From IMG/VR virus record IMGVR_UViG_2671181188_000007: a stretch of DNA of 10,495 nt, one strand, 5' to 3'. Positions 1 to 7,305 of the stretch are shown piece by piece; the stretch's first letter is position 1; each line of letters begins with the position of its first letter. Below the pieces are notes generated by a model that made no database searches, was not told the origin of the DNA, and was given only the letters and a program-made list of their open reading frames with translations. The translations under genes were made by a program, and so were the position numbers. Source of the stretch: a virus (taxonomy: Duplodnaviria > Heunggongvirae > Uroviricota > Caudoviricetes).

Positions 1-255
1 TTAAAAAATGAGGTGTCAAAAGGAAAACTGATTGACACCGGGTTCTGTATTTTTGCCCTCAGTAAGCTGGCAATGGCGTTATCCAGTACGCTTGATTCCA
101 TCCCTTTATCCATGCAGCGACAGTTTCCTGATTTAACACCGCGCCATCTTGACCATCTGAAAACCCTTATTGCTAAGGGGGCAAATCAGTGTGCGCGGGC
201 AGGGGATAAATTACCGGATTTACTTGATGAATATATCAGAGCAACAACTGAATAA
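1..255 (+). CDS. nu1: Terminase small subunit (lambda Nu1-like), C-terminal part; 5' end lies upstream of the window
   Basis: Frame 1 is open from base 1 to the stop at 253-255. The translation (..TGFCIFALSKLAMALSSTLDSIPLSMQRQFPDLTPRHLDHLK..LPDLLDEYI..) aligns with the C-terminal ~75 aa of lambda Nu1 as I recall it (..TAFCTFVLSRIAGEIASILDGLPLSVQRRFPELENRHVDFLK..IPGLLSEYI..). It overlaps the start of the next gene, as in lambda. Confidence 0.85.
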   Translation, partial: LKNEVSKGKLIDTGFCIFALSKLAMALSSTLDSIPLSMQRQFPDLTPRHLDHLKTLIAKGANQCARAGDKLPDLLDEYIRATTE

Positions 256-2156
256 TATGATGAGCGCTGTCACAACTGCATTACAGCCCCTGATAAGGGC
301 ATTGCCGGTGACGCCAGTTGAATGGGCTGATCAAAATTATTATCTGCCTAAAGAATCTTCATATGGTGAGGGCGAATGGAAAACGCTGCCATTCCAGATC
401 GCCATCATGAACAGTATGGGGAATGATCAGATCCGCACTGTTAATCTGATTAAATCTGCCCGTGTTGGCTATACAAAGATGTTGCTGGGGGGGGGGCGGG
501 TATTTTATTGAGCATAAATCCCGAAACAGTCTGCTTTTTCAGCCCACGGATTCTGCCGCTGAAGATTTTATGAAGTCTCACGTGGAGGCGACGATTCGGA
601 ACGTGCCATGCCTGAAAGACCTTTCCCCATGGCTGGGTCGTAAACATCGTGACAATACTCTCACGCTGAAACGCTTTTCATCGGGCGTCGGTTTCTGGTG
701 CCTGGGCGGCGCTGCCGCCAAAAACTACCGTGAAAAATCCGTTGACGTGGTCTGCTATGACGAACTTTCCTCGTTCGAGCCGGATGTCGAAAAAGAGGGC
801 TCGCCAACCCTGCTGGGGGATAAGCGTATTGAGGGGTCGGTGTGGCCAAAATCCATTCGCGGCTCGACGCCTAAAATCAAAGGCACCTGCCAGATCGAAA
901 AAGCCGCTAACGAGTCGGCGCATTTTATGCGTTTTTATGTGCCCTGCCCGCACTGTGGGGAGGCGCAGTATCTGAAATTTGGCGATGAGTCCACGCCTTT
1001 TGGGCTTAAATGGGAGAAGGACAGCCCTGAAAGTGTTTTCTACCTCTGTGAACATCATGGCTGCGTGATCCATCAGTCTGAACTGGACCAGAGCAACGGG
1101 CGGTGGATCTGTGAAAACACGGGCATGTGGACCCGTGACGGTCTGACGTTTTTCAGCGCCCGGGGTGATGAAATTCCGCCGCCGCGCTCCATCATGTTCC
1201 ATATCTGGACGGCGTACAGTCCGTTCACCACCTGGGTACAGATTGTCTATGACTGGCTGGATGCACTGAAAGATCCCAACGGCCTGAAAACCTTTGTGAA
1301 CACCACGCTGGGCGAGACCTGGGAAGAGGCCGTGGGCGAAAAACTCGATCACCAGGTACTGATGGATAAGGTGGTGCGTTACACGGCGGCGGTGCCTGCC
1401 CGGGTGGTTTATCTGACGGCGGGCATTGACTCGCAGCGAAACCGTTTTGAGATGTATGTCTGGGGATGGGCTCCGGGAGAGGAAGCCTTTCTGGTGGATA
1501 AAATCATCATTATGGGGCGTCCTGATGAGGAAGAGACGCTGTTACGTGTGGATGCGGCGATCAACAAAAAATACCGCCATGCGGATGGCACCGAAATGAC
1601 TATTTCCCGTGTCTGCTGGGACACCGGGGGGATCGATGGTGAAATTGTTTATCAGAGATCAAAAAAACACGGTGTTTTCCGGGTGCTGCCGGTAAAAGGC
1701 GCATCTGTCTATGGCAAGCCGGTGATCACCATGCCAAAAACCCGCAATCAGCGGGGCGTGTATCTGTGTGAAGTGGGAACGGACACCGCAAAAGAAATTC
1801 TCTATGCCCGTATGAAAGCCGATCCCTCGCCTGCGGATGAAGCCACGTCGTATGCCATCCGTTTTCCTGATGATCCGGAGATTTTTTCGCAGACAGAGGC
1901 GCAGCAACTGGTGGCGGAAGAGCTGGTGGAGAAGTGGGAAAAAGGAAAGATGCGTCTGCTGTGGGATAACAAAAAGCGGCGTAACGAAGCGCTGGACTGC
2001 CTGGTGTATGCCTACGCGGCATTACGTGTGTCCGTGCAACGCTGGCAGCTTGATCTGGCTGTACTGGCAAAATCCCGGGAAGAAGAGACGACCCGGCCAA
2101 CCCTGAAAGAACTGGCAGCGAAGCTGTCCGGAGGAGTGAATGGTTACAGTCGCTGA
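227..2156 (+). CDS. A: Terminase large subunit (lambda gpA-like), reading frame broken by a 1-bp frameshift in a G10 run at 487-496; present as two ORFs (227..511 and 462..2156)
   Basis: ATG at 227 gives MNISEQQLNN...VEWADQNYYLPKESSYGEGEWKTLPFQIAIMN...KSARVGYTKMLLGGG, which matches the lambda gpA N-terminus (MNISNSQVN...VEWADANYYLPKESAYQEGRWETLPFQRAIMN...KSARVGYSKMLLG). The match continues in the +1 frame (ORF 462..2156: ..YFIEHKSRN...GFWCLGGAAAKNYREKSVDV...TAYSPFTTWVQIV...FVNTTLGETWE...KRRNEALDC..) through to the gpA C-terminus. Removing one G from the run restores a single ORF of lambda-like length. Confidence 0.9.
487..496. repeat. G10 homopolymer tract inside the terminase large subunit gene; site of the frameshift
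   Basis: Direct read: ctg-gggggggggg-c-ggg. Lambda-like homology is in frame 2 before the run and frame 3 after it. Confidence 0.9.
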
Positions 2157-2346
2157 ACTGCAGGCGCTGCGTCAGGCGCGCCTTGATTTATTAACCGGTA
2201 AACGGGTGGTGTCTGTCCAGAAAGATGGTCGCAGAATTGAATATACGGCGGCTTCTCTGGATGAGCTTAACCGGGCGATCAATGATGCGGAGTCGGTACT
2301 GGGGACAACCCGGCGTCGCCGTCGTCCGCTGGGAGTGAGGTTATGA
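2140..2346 (+). CDS. W: Head-tail joining / head completion protein (lambda gpW-like)
   Basis: 68-aa ORF with GGAGGAG ribosome-binding site upstream. MVTVAELQALRQARLDLLTGKRVVSVQKDGRRIEYTAASL.. matches lambda gpW (..[24 protein letters not shown]..). Its stop overlaps the portal start (ATGA). Confidence 0.9.
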   Translation: MVTVAELQALRQARLDLLTGKRVVSVQKDGRRIEYTAASLDELNRAINDAESVLGTTRRRRRPLGVRL

Positions 2347-3935
2347 AACGAACGCCTGTCCTGATTGATGTGAACGGCGTTCCGCTTCGTGAGAGTCTCA
2401 GCTACAACGGGGGCGGTGCAGGATTTGGCGGGCAAATGGCGGAGTGGTTGCCACCGGCGCAGAGTGCCGATGCGGCCCTGCTGCCCGCGTTGCGTCTGGG
2501 GAATGCCCGGGCAGATGATCTGGTGCGCAATAACGGAATAGCGGCCAATGCGGTGGCACTGCATAAGGATCACATTGTCGGGCATATGTTTCTTATCAGC
2601 TACCGTCCGAACTGGCGCTGGCTGGGGATGCGGGAGACCGCAGCAAAAAGCTTTGTCGATGAGGTGGAGGCGGCCTGGTCGGAATACGCCGAAGGGATGT
2701 CTGGCGAGATCGACGTGGAAGGAAAACGCACGTTCACGGAATTTATCCGTGAAGGTGTGGGCGTTCATGCGTTTAACGGCGAAATCTTTGTGCAGCCGGT
2801 CTGGGATACGGAAACCACGCAGTTATTCCGTACGCGTTTTAAAGCCGTGAGTCCGAAACGGGTGGACACGCCAGGACACGGTATGGGGAACCGTTTTCTG
2901 CGGGCCGGGGTGGAGGTCGATCGATATGGCCGTGCCGTTGCGTACCATATCTGTGAGGATGATTTTCCTCGCTCCGGGAGTGGACGATGGGAACGGATCC
3001 CGCGTGAACTTCCCACCGGGCGTCCGGCCATGCTGCATATTTTCGAGCCGGTGGAGGACGGGCAGACCCGTGGGGCCAACCAGTTTTACAGCGTCATGGA
3101 ACGGCTGAAGATGCTCGATTCCCTGCAGGCAACACAGCTTCAGTCGGCCATTGTGAAAGCCATGTATGCAGCGACGATTGAAAGTGACCTTGATACCGAA
3201 AAGGCCTTTGAATATATCGCCGGTGCGCCGCAGGGGCAGAAGGATAATCCGCTTATTAATATTCTGGAGAAGTTCTCCAGCTGGTATGACACGAATAACG
3301 TGACGCTGGGTGGTGTCAAAATTCCGCACCTTTTCCCCGGGGATGATCTGAAACTACAGACTGCGCAGGATTCAGACAATGGATTTTCGGCGCTTGAACA
3401 GGCGCTGCTGCGGTATATCGCCGCCGGTCTTGGCGTTTCCTACGAACAGTTGTCCCGTGATTACTCGAAGGTCAGTTATTCAAGTGCCAGGGCCTCTGCC
3501 AATGAGTCGTGGCGCTATTTTATGGGGCGGCGAAAATTTATTGCGGCCCGGCTGGCCACGCAGATGTTTTCCTACTGGCTGGAAGAGGCACTTCTTCGGG
3601 GGATTATCCGTCCGCCACGGGCGCGTTTTGATTTTTATCAGGCGCGATCAGCCTGGTCACGGGCAGAGTGGATTGGTGCCGGAAGAATGGCCATTGACGG
3701 GCTCAAGGAGGTTCAGGAATCGGTGATGCGCATTGAGGCCGGACTGAGCACGTATGAGAAAGAGCCGGCGCTGATGGGCGAGGATTATCAGGACATTTTC
3801 CGCCAGCAGGTCAGGGAATCTGCAGAGCGGCAAAAAGCCGGACTCTCACGTCCGGTGTGGATAGCGCAGGCGTATCAGCAGCAGATAGCGGAGAGTCGCA
3901 GGCCGGAAGAGGAGACAACACCCCGTGAGACGTAA
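2343..3935 (+). CDS. B: Portal protein (lambda gpB-like)
   Basis: 530-aa ORF in the position and of the size of lambda gpB (533 aa), immediately after W and before the protease/scaffold gene. The start overlaps the W stop. Confidence 0.9.
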   Translation: MKRTPVLIDVNGVPLRESLSYNGGGAGFGGQMAEWLPPAQSADAALLPALRLGNARADDLVRNNGIAANAVALHKDHIVGHMFLISYRPNWRWLGMRETAAKSFVDEVEAAWSEYAEGMSGEIDVEGKRTFTEFIREGVGVHAFNGEIFVQPVWDTETTQLFRTRFKAVSPKRVDTPGHGMGNRFLRAGVEVDRYGRAVAYHICEDDFPRSGSGRWERIPRELPTGRPAMLHIFEPVEDGQTRGANQFYSVMERLKMLDSLQATQLQSAIVKAMYAATIESDLDTEKAFEYIAGAPQGQKDNPLINILEKFSSWYDTNNVTLGGVKIPHLFPGDDLKLQTAQDSDNGFSALEQALLRYIAAGLGVSYEQLSRDYSKVSYSSARASANESWRYFMGRRKFIAARLATQMFSYWLEEALLRGIIRPPRARFDFYQARSAWSRAEWIGAGRMAIDGLKEVQESVMRIEAGLSTYEKEPALMGEDYQDIFRQQVRESAERQKAGLSRPVWIAQAYQQQIAESRRPEEETTPRET

Positions 3936-5430
3936 TCTTTCACACATTATTGCCGCAGCATTCAATGAACCGCTGCTTCTGGAGCCCGCCTATGCGCGGG
4001 TTTTCTTTTGCGCGCTCGGGCGCGAGATGGGGGCAGCAAGTCTTTCGGTACCACAGCAGCAGGTACAGCTTGATGCTCCCGGAATGCTGGCTGAAACGGA
4101 CGAGTACATGGCCGGAGGTAAACGACCGGCCCGTGTTTACCGGGTGGTGAACGGTATTGCTGTACTGCCGGTGACCGGCACGCTGGTGCACCGGCTGGGG
4201 GGTATGCGGCCATTTTCCGGAATGACAGGCTATGACGGCATTGTCGCCTGTCTTCAGCAGGCAATGGCGGATAGCCAGGTGCGGGGCGTACTGCTGGACA
4301 TTGACAGTCCGGGCGGGCAGGCCGCCGGCGCGTTTGACTGCGCTGACATGATTTACCGCCTCCGTCAGCAGAAGCCGGTCTGGGCACTGTGCAATGACAC
4401 GGCCTGTTCTGCAGCCATGCTGCTGGCGTCGGCCTGCTCCCGACGGCTGGTTACCCAGACATCCCGTATCGGCTCCATTGGCGTGATGATGAGCCATGTC
4501 AGCTATGCCGGTCATCTGGCGCAGGCCGGTGTGGATATCACGCTGATTTACTCAGGGGCGCACAAGGTGGATGGCAATCAGTTTGAAGCCTTACCGGCAG
4601 AGGTTCGCCAGAACATGCAGCAGCGCATTGATGCGGCGCGCCGGATGTTTGCCGAAAAAGTGGCCATGTTTACCGGTCTGTCTGTTGATGCCGTCACGGG
4701 AACAGAGGCCGCCGTTTTTGAAGGTCAGTCCGGCATTGATGCCGGGCTGGCGGATGAATTAGTCAATGCGTCGGATGCCATCAGTGTGATGGCCACGGCG
4801 CTGAACAGTAATGTCAGAGGAGGCACTATGCCGCAATTAACTGCAACGGAAGCCGCCGCGCAGGAGAACCAGCGAGTGATGGGGATCCTGACATGCCAGG
4901 AAGCGAAAGGACGTGAACAGCTTGCCACGATGCTGGCAGGACAACAGGGCATGAGCGTTGAACAGGCCCGGGCGATTCTGGCCGCGGCGGCACCGCAGCA
5001 GCCGGTGGCATCCACGCAGAGTGAAGCCGATCGCATTATGGCGTGTGAAGAAGCGAACGGTCGTGAACAACTGGCGGCAACGCTGGCGGCGATGCCGGAG
5101 ATGACGGTGGAAAAAGCCCGCCCGATCCTGGCTGCTTCACCGCAGGCGGATGCCGGACCCTCACTCCGTGATCAGATCATGGCACTGGATGAGGCAAAAG
5201 GGGCTGAGGCGCAGGCTGAACAGCTGGCTGCCTGCCCGGGAATGACTGTGGAGAGCGCCCGGGCTGTGCTGGCTGCGGGATCAGGTAAGGCAGAACCGGT
5301 CTCTGCATCCACAACCGCCCTGTTTGAACGCATCATGGCGAACCATTCACCGGCTGCGGTACAGGGTGGCGTGCCACAGACGTCAGCAGACGGTGATGCG
5401 GACGTGAAAATGCTCATGGCCATGCCATGA
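3925..5430 (+). CDS. C: Head maturation protease / scaffold (lambda gpC-like, ClpP/S49-type serine peptidase fold) with C-terminal scaffolding region
   Basis: GTG start at 3925 preceded by GAGGAG at about 3908-3913. The N-terminus ..AAFNEPLLLEPAYARVFFCAL.. matches lambda gpC (..MAFNEPLMLEPAYARVFFCAL..). The centre (GIAVLPVTGTLV...LLDIDSPGG...AGAFDCADMI...KPVWAL...SRRLVTQTSRIGSIGVMM...ITLIYSGAHKVDGN) is the conserved peptidase core. The start codon is less certain than the gene call. Confidence 0.88.
   Translation: MRRNLSHIIAAAFNEPLLLEPAYARVFFCALGREMGAASLSVPQQQVQLDAPGMLAETDEYMAGGKRPARVYRVVNGIAVLPVTGTLVHRLGGMRPFSGMTGYDGIVACLQQAMADSQVRGVLLDIDSPGGQAAGAFDCADMIYRLRQQKPVWALCNDTACSAAMLLASACSRRLVTQTSRIGSIGVMMSHVSYAGHLAQAGVDITLIYSGAHKVDGNQFEALPAEVRQNMQQRIDAARRMFAEKVAMFTGLSVDAVTGTEAAVFEGQSGIDAGLADELVNASDAISVMATALNSNVRGGTMPQLTATEAAAQENQRVMGILTCQEAKGREQLATMLAGQQGMSVEQARAILAAAAPQQPVASTQSEADRIMACEEANGREQLAATLAAMPEMTVEKARPILAASPQADAGPSLRDQIMALDEAKGAEAQAEQLAACPGMTVESARAVLAAGSGKAEPVSASTTALFERIMANHSPAAVQGGVPQTSADGDADVKMLMAMP
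4828..5430 (+). CDS. nu3: Nu3-like scaffolding protein, nested in-frame within the 3' part of gene C
   Basis: In-frame ATG at 4828 with a strong Shine-Dalgarno GAGGAGG at 4816-4822 lying inside the C reading frame. Same arrangement as lambda C/Nu3. The product corresponds to the repeat-containing C-terminal region. Confidence 0.6.
   Translation: MPQLTATEAAAQENQRVMGILTCQEAKGREQLATMLAGQQGMSVEQARAILAAAAPQQPVASTQSEADRIMACEEANGREQLAATLAAMPEMTVEKARPILAASPQADAGPSLRDQIMALDEAKGAEAQAEQLAACPGMTVESARAVLAAGSGKAEPVSASTTALFERIMANHSPAAVQGGVPQTSADGDADVKMLMAMP
4873..5292 (+). repeat. Three diverged tandem copies of a ~47-53-aa scaffold module within C/Nu3 (intragenic protein-level repeat)
   Basis: Translation shows RVMGILTCQEAKGREQLATMLAGQQGMSVEQARAILAAAAPQ / RIMACEEANGREQLAATLAAMPEMTVEKARPILAASPQA / QIMALDEAKGAEAQAEQLAACPGMTVESARAVLAAGSGK. 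Unit starts are near 4873, 5032 and 5173. Boundaries are approximate. Confidence 0.7.
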
Positions 5431-5466
5431 AGTCAGTGCTGACCATCAACAGGAGGTTTTTACAAT

Positions 5467-5814
5467 ATGGTAACGAAAAACATCACTGAACAGCGTGCGG
5501 AAGTACGTATTTTTGCCGGTAATGATCCGGCTCATACCGCCACAGGCAGCAGCGGGATTTCCTCGGCAACACCGGCACTGACGCCCCTGATGCTGGATGA
5601 AGCCAGCGGGAAACTGGTGGTCTGGGACGGACAGAAAGCCGGTAGTGCAGTTGGCATACTGGTACTGCCGCTTGAAGGCACAGAGACGGTACTGACCTAT
5701 TACAAGTCGGGGACCTTTGCGACGGAGGCAATCCGCTGGCCTGAAAGTGTGGATGAACACAAAAAGGCAAATGCCTTTGCCGGCAGTGCCCTGAGTCACG
5801 CGGCGCTGCCGTAA
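5467..5814 (+). CDS. D: Head decoration protein (lambda gpD-like)
   Basis: 115-aa ORF with AGGAGG ribosome-binding site upstream. ..NDPAHTAT...TPLMLD...KLVVWDG...AVGIL...YYKSGTF...AFAG.. matches lambda gpD motifs (..SDPAHTAT..TPLMLD..KLVAWDG..AVGIL..FYKSGTF..AFAG..). Confidence 0.92.
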   Translation: MVTKNITEQRAEVRIFAGNDPAHTATGSSGISSATPALTPLMLDEASGKLVVWDGQKAGSAVGILVLPLEGTETVLTYYKSGTFATEAIRWPESVDEHKKANAFAGSALSHAALP

Positions 5815-5821
5815 CACGTTA

Positions 5822-5843
5822 TCAGGCCACCGCGGTGGCCTGA
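5822..5843. repeat. Perfect 22-bp palindrome TCAGGCCACCGCGGTGGCCTGA in the D-E intergenic region
   Basis: Direct read: the sequence equals its own reverse complement. It can form a GC-rich hairpin on the transcript. No U-tract follows, so it is not a classical intrinsic terminator. Confidence 0.8.
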
Positions 5844-5871
5844 CTGATTTCTGAATGAAAGGAACTGATTT

Positions 5872-6138
5872 ATGGGATTGTTTACGACCCGCCAGTTACT
5901 CGGTTATACCGAACAAAAAGTGAAATTTCGTGCGCTGTTTCTGGAGCTGTTTTTCCGCCGTACGGTGAATTTCCATACCGAAGAGGTGATGCTGGACAAA
6001 ATTACCGGAAAAACGCCGGTGGCGGCCTATGTCTCTCCGGTTGTTGAAGGAAAAGTGCTGCGTCATCGCGGTGGTGAAACCCGCGTGTTACGTCCGGGCT
6101 ACGTCAAGCCGAAACACGAATTCCCCTGGAGCCGGTAA
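5872..6138 (+). pseudogene. E: Major capsid protein (lambda gpE-like), N-terminal ~83 codons only; truncated by a deletion
   Basis: ATG at 5872 with an RBS. MGLFTTRQLLGYTEQKVKFRALFLELFF...[31 protein letters not shown] matches the lambda gpE N-terminus (MSMYTTAQLLAANEQKFKFDPLFLRLFF...[31 protein letters not shown]). Homology stops at KPKHE and the ORF ends 5 codons later; lambda gpE is ~341 aa. Confidence 0.85.
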
Positions 6139-6860
6139 AAGGAGCCGGTACCACCCTGTGGGTTTATAACGGTCAGGGTGACGCCTATGCAAACCCGTTG
6201 TCAGACGATGACTGGCAGCGACTGGCTAAGGTGAAGGATCTGACGCCGGGCGAGATGACGGCAGAATCCTACGATGATAACTACCTGGATGATGAAGACG
6301 CGGACTGGACCGCGACCGGGCAGGGGCAGAAATCTGCAGGTGATACCAGTTTTACGCTGGCCTGGAAACCGGGAGAGGAAGGCCAGAAAGGGCTTATAGG
6401 CTGGTTTGAAAGCGGCGATGTCCGGGCCTATAAAATCCGTTTTCCGAATGGCACGGTGGATGTGTTTCGTGGCTGGGTCAGCAGTATCGGTAAGGCCGTG
6501 ACGGCGAAAGAAGTGATCACCCGCACGGTGAAAGTCACTAACGTGGGTAAACCTTCTGTAGCGGAAGAACGCAGCAAAATTACGCCGGTCAGTGCGATTA
6601 AGGTGACGCCGACATCCGGTACGGTGGCAAAAGGGAAAACAACCACCCTGACGGTTTCTTTTGAGCCGGAAAGTGCAACCGACAAGACGTTCAGAGCGGT
6701 TTCCGCCGATCCGTCGAAAGCCACCATTAGTGTGAAAGATATGACAATTACGGTAAACGGCGTGGCGACAGGTAAGGTGCAGATCCCTGTGGTGAGCGGA
6801 AATGGTCAGTTCGCCGCAGTGGCTGAAGTCACCGTTACTGAAGCGGGCGCTGCAGGGTAA
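6126..6860 (+). CDS. V: Major tail protein (lambda gpV-like) with C-terminal Ig-like domain; lacks its native start and first ~8 codons (ORF track picks TTG at 6198)
   Basis: Frame 3 reads ..[78 protein letters not shown]...[41 protein letters not shown]...[28 protein letters not shown]. This is near-identical to lambda gpV from residue ~9 ([37 protein letters not shown]...). There is no in-frame ATG or GTG upstream before the stop at 6075-6077. Confidence 0.85.
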   Translation: MEPVKGAGTTLWVYNGQGDAYANPLSDDDWQRLAKVKDLTPGEMTAESYDDNYLDDEDADWTATGQGQKSAGDTSFTLAWKPGEEGQKGLIGWFESGDVRAYKIRFPNGTVDVFRGWVSSIGKAVTAKEVITRTVKVTNVGKPSVAEERSKITPVSAIKVTPTSGTVAKGKTTTLTVSFEPESATDKTFRAVSADPSKATISVKDMTITVNGVATGKVQIPVVSGNGQFAAVAEVTVTEAGAAG

Positions 6861-6873
6861 ACGGAGGTCATAC

Positions 6874-7305
6874 ATGTTTCTGAAAACAGAACAATTTGAA
6901 TATAACGGTGTGTCTGTCACGCTTTCCGAATTGTCTGCGCTGCAGCGTATCGAGCATCTTGCCCTCCTGAAACGGCGTGCAGAACAGGCAGAATCCAGCG
7001 GCAACCTGCAGGTAAGCGTGGAAGATCTCGTCAGAACCGGCGCGTTTCTGGTGGCGATGTCCCTGTGGCATAACCATCCACAGAAAACGCAGTCACCGTC
7101 AATGAATGAGGCCGTGATGAAGATAGAGCAGGAAGTGCTCACCACCTGGCCTGCCGATGCCATTGCCCGGGCGGAAGACGTGGTGTTGTGCCTGTCCGGG
7201 ATGAGCGGGGCTGTTCGTCCGGATACTGATATTACTGAAGTGGCGAAAAATAACACGCTGACTGATGATGATTTTTCTGCGGGAAAGTCTTCGACGGCGA
7301 GCTGA
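6874..7305 (+). CDS. G: Tail assembly chaperone (lambda gpG-like)
   Basis: ATG at 6874 with GGAGG at 6862-6866. MFLKTEQFEYNGVSVTLSELSALQRIEHLALLKRRAEQAES...TGAFLVAMSLWHNHPQKTQSPSMNEAV..IEQEVLTTWP.. matches lambda gpG (MFLKTESFEHNGVTVTLSELSALQRIEHLALMKRQAEQAES...). It ends ..SAGKSSTAS*. Confidence 0.92.
   Translation: MFLKTEQFEYNGVSVTLSELSALQRIEHLALLKRRAEQAESSGNLQVSVEDLVRTGAFLVAMSLWHNHPQKTQSPSMNEAVMKIEQEVLTTWPADAIARAEDVVLCLSGMSGAVRPDTDITEVAKNNTLTDDDFSAGKSSTAS
7281..7287 (+). promoter_or_regulatory. -1 programmed ribosomal frameshift slippery heptamer G GGA AAG (G to G-T fusion)
   Basis: GGGAAAG lies in the G zero frame as G.GGA.AAG, 6 codons before the G stop. The -1 frame downstream is open to 7745 and encodes the gpT homologue. 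This is the same heptamer and position as the well-known lambda G-T frameshift. Confidence 0.85.

Noticed and set aside
1-255. cos site / terminase binding sites
   Set aside because: In lambda, cos lies upstream of Nu1. The window begins inside Nu1, so cos is expected outside the window and I cannot identify it here.
678-1352. Minus-strand ORF (224 aa) inside the terminase large subunit gene
   Set aside because: Antisense to a strongly supported gpA homologue; no independent evidence, so treated as a spurious ORF.
2172-2768. Minus-strand ORF (198 aa) opposite W and the portal gene
   Set aside because: Antisense to conserved structural genes; no homology or translation signals.
5822-5843. 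The D-E palindrome as a rho-independent terminator
   Set aside because: There is no T/U-rich tract after the stem, and E immediately downstream must be co-transcribed in a late operon.
6118-6151. EcoRI (GAATTC) and KpnI (GGTACC) sites flanking the E/V junction, which could suggest an engineered deletion
   Set aside because: Both sites arise from ordinary codon choices in otherwise homologous coding sequence (CAC GAA TTC; GCC GGT ACC). There is no vector or linker sequence, so a natural deletion or an assembly misjoin is more parsimonious.
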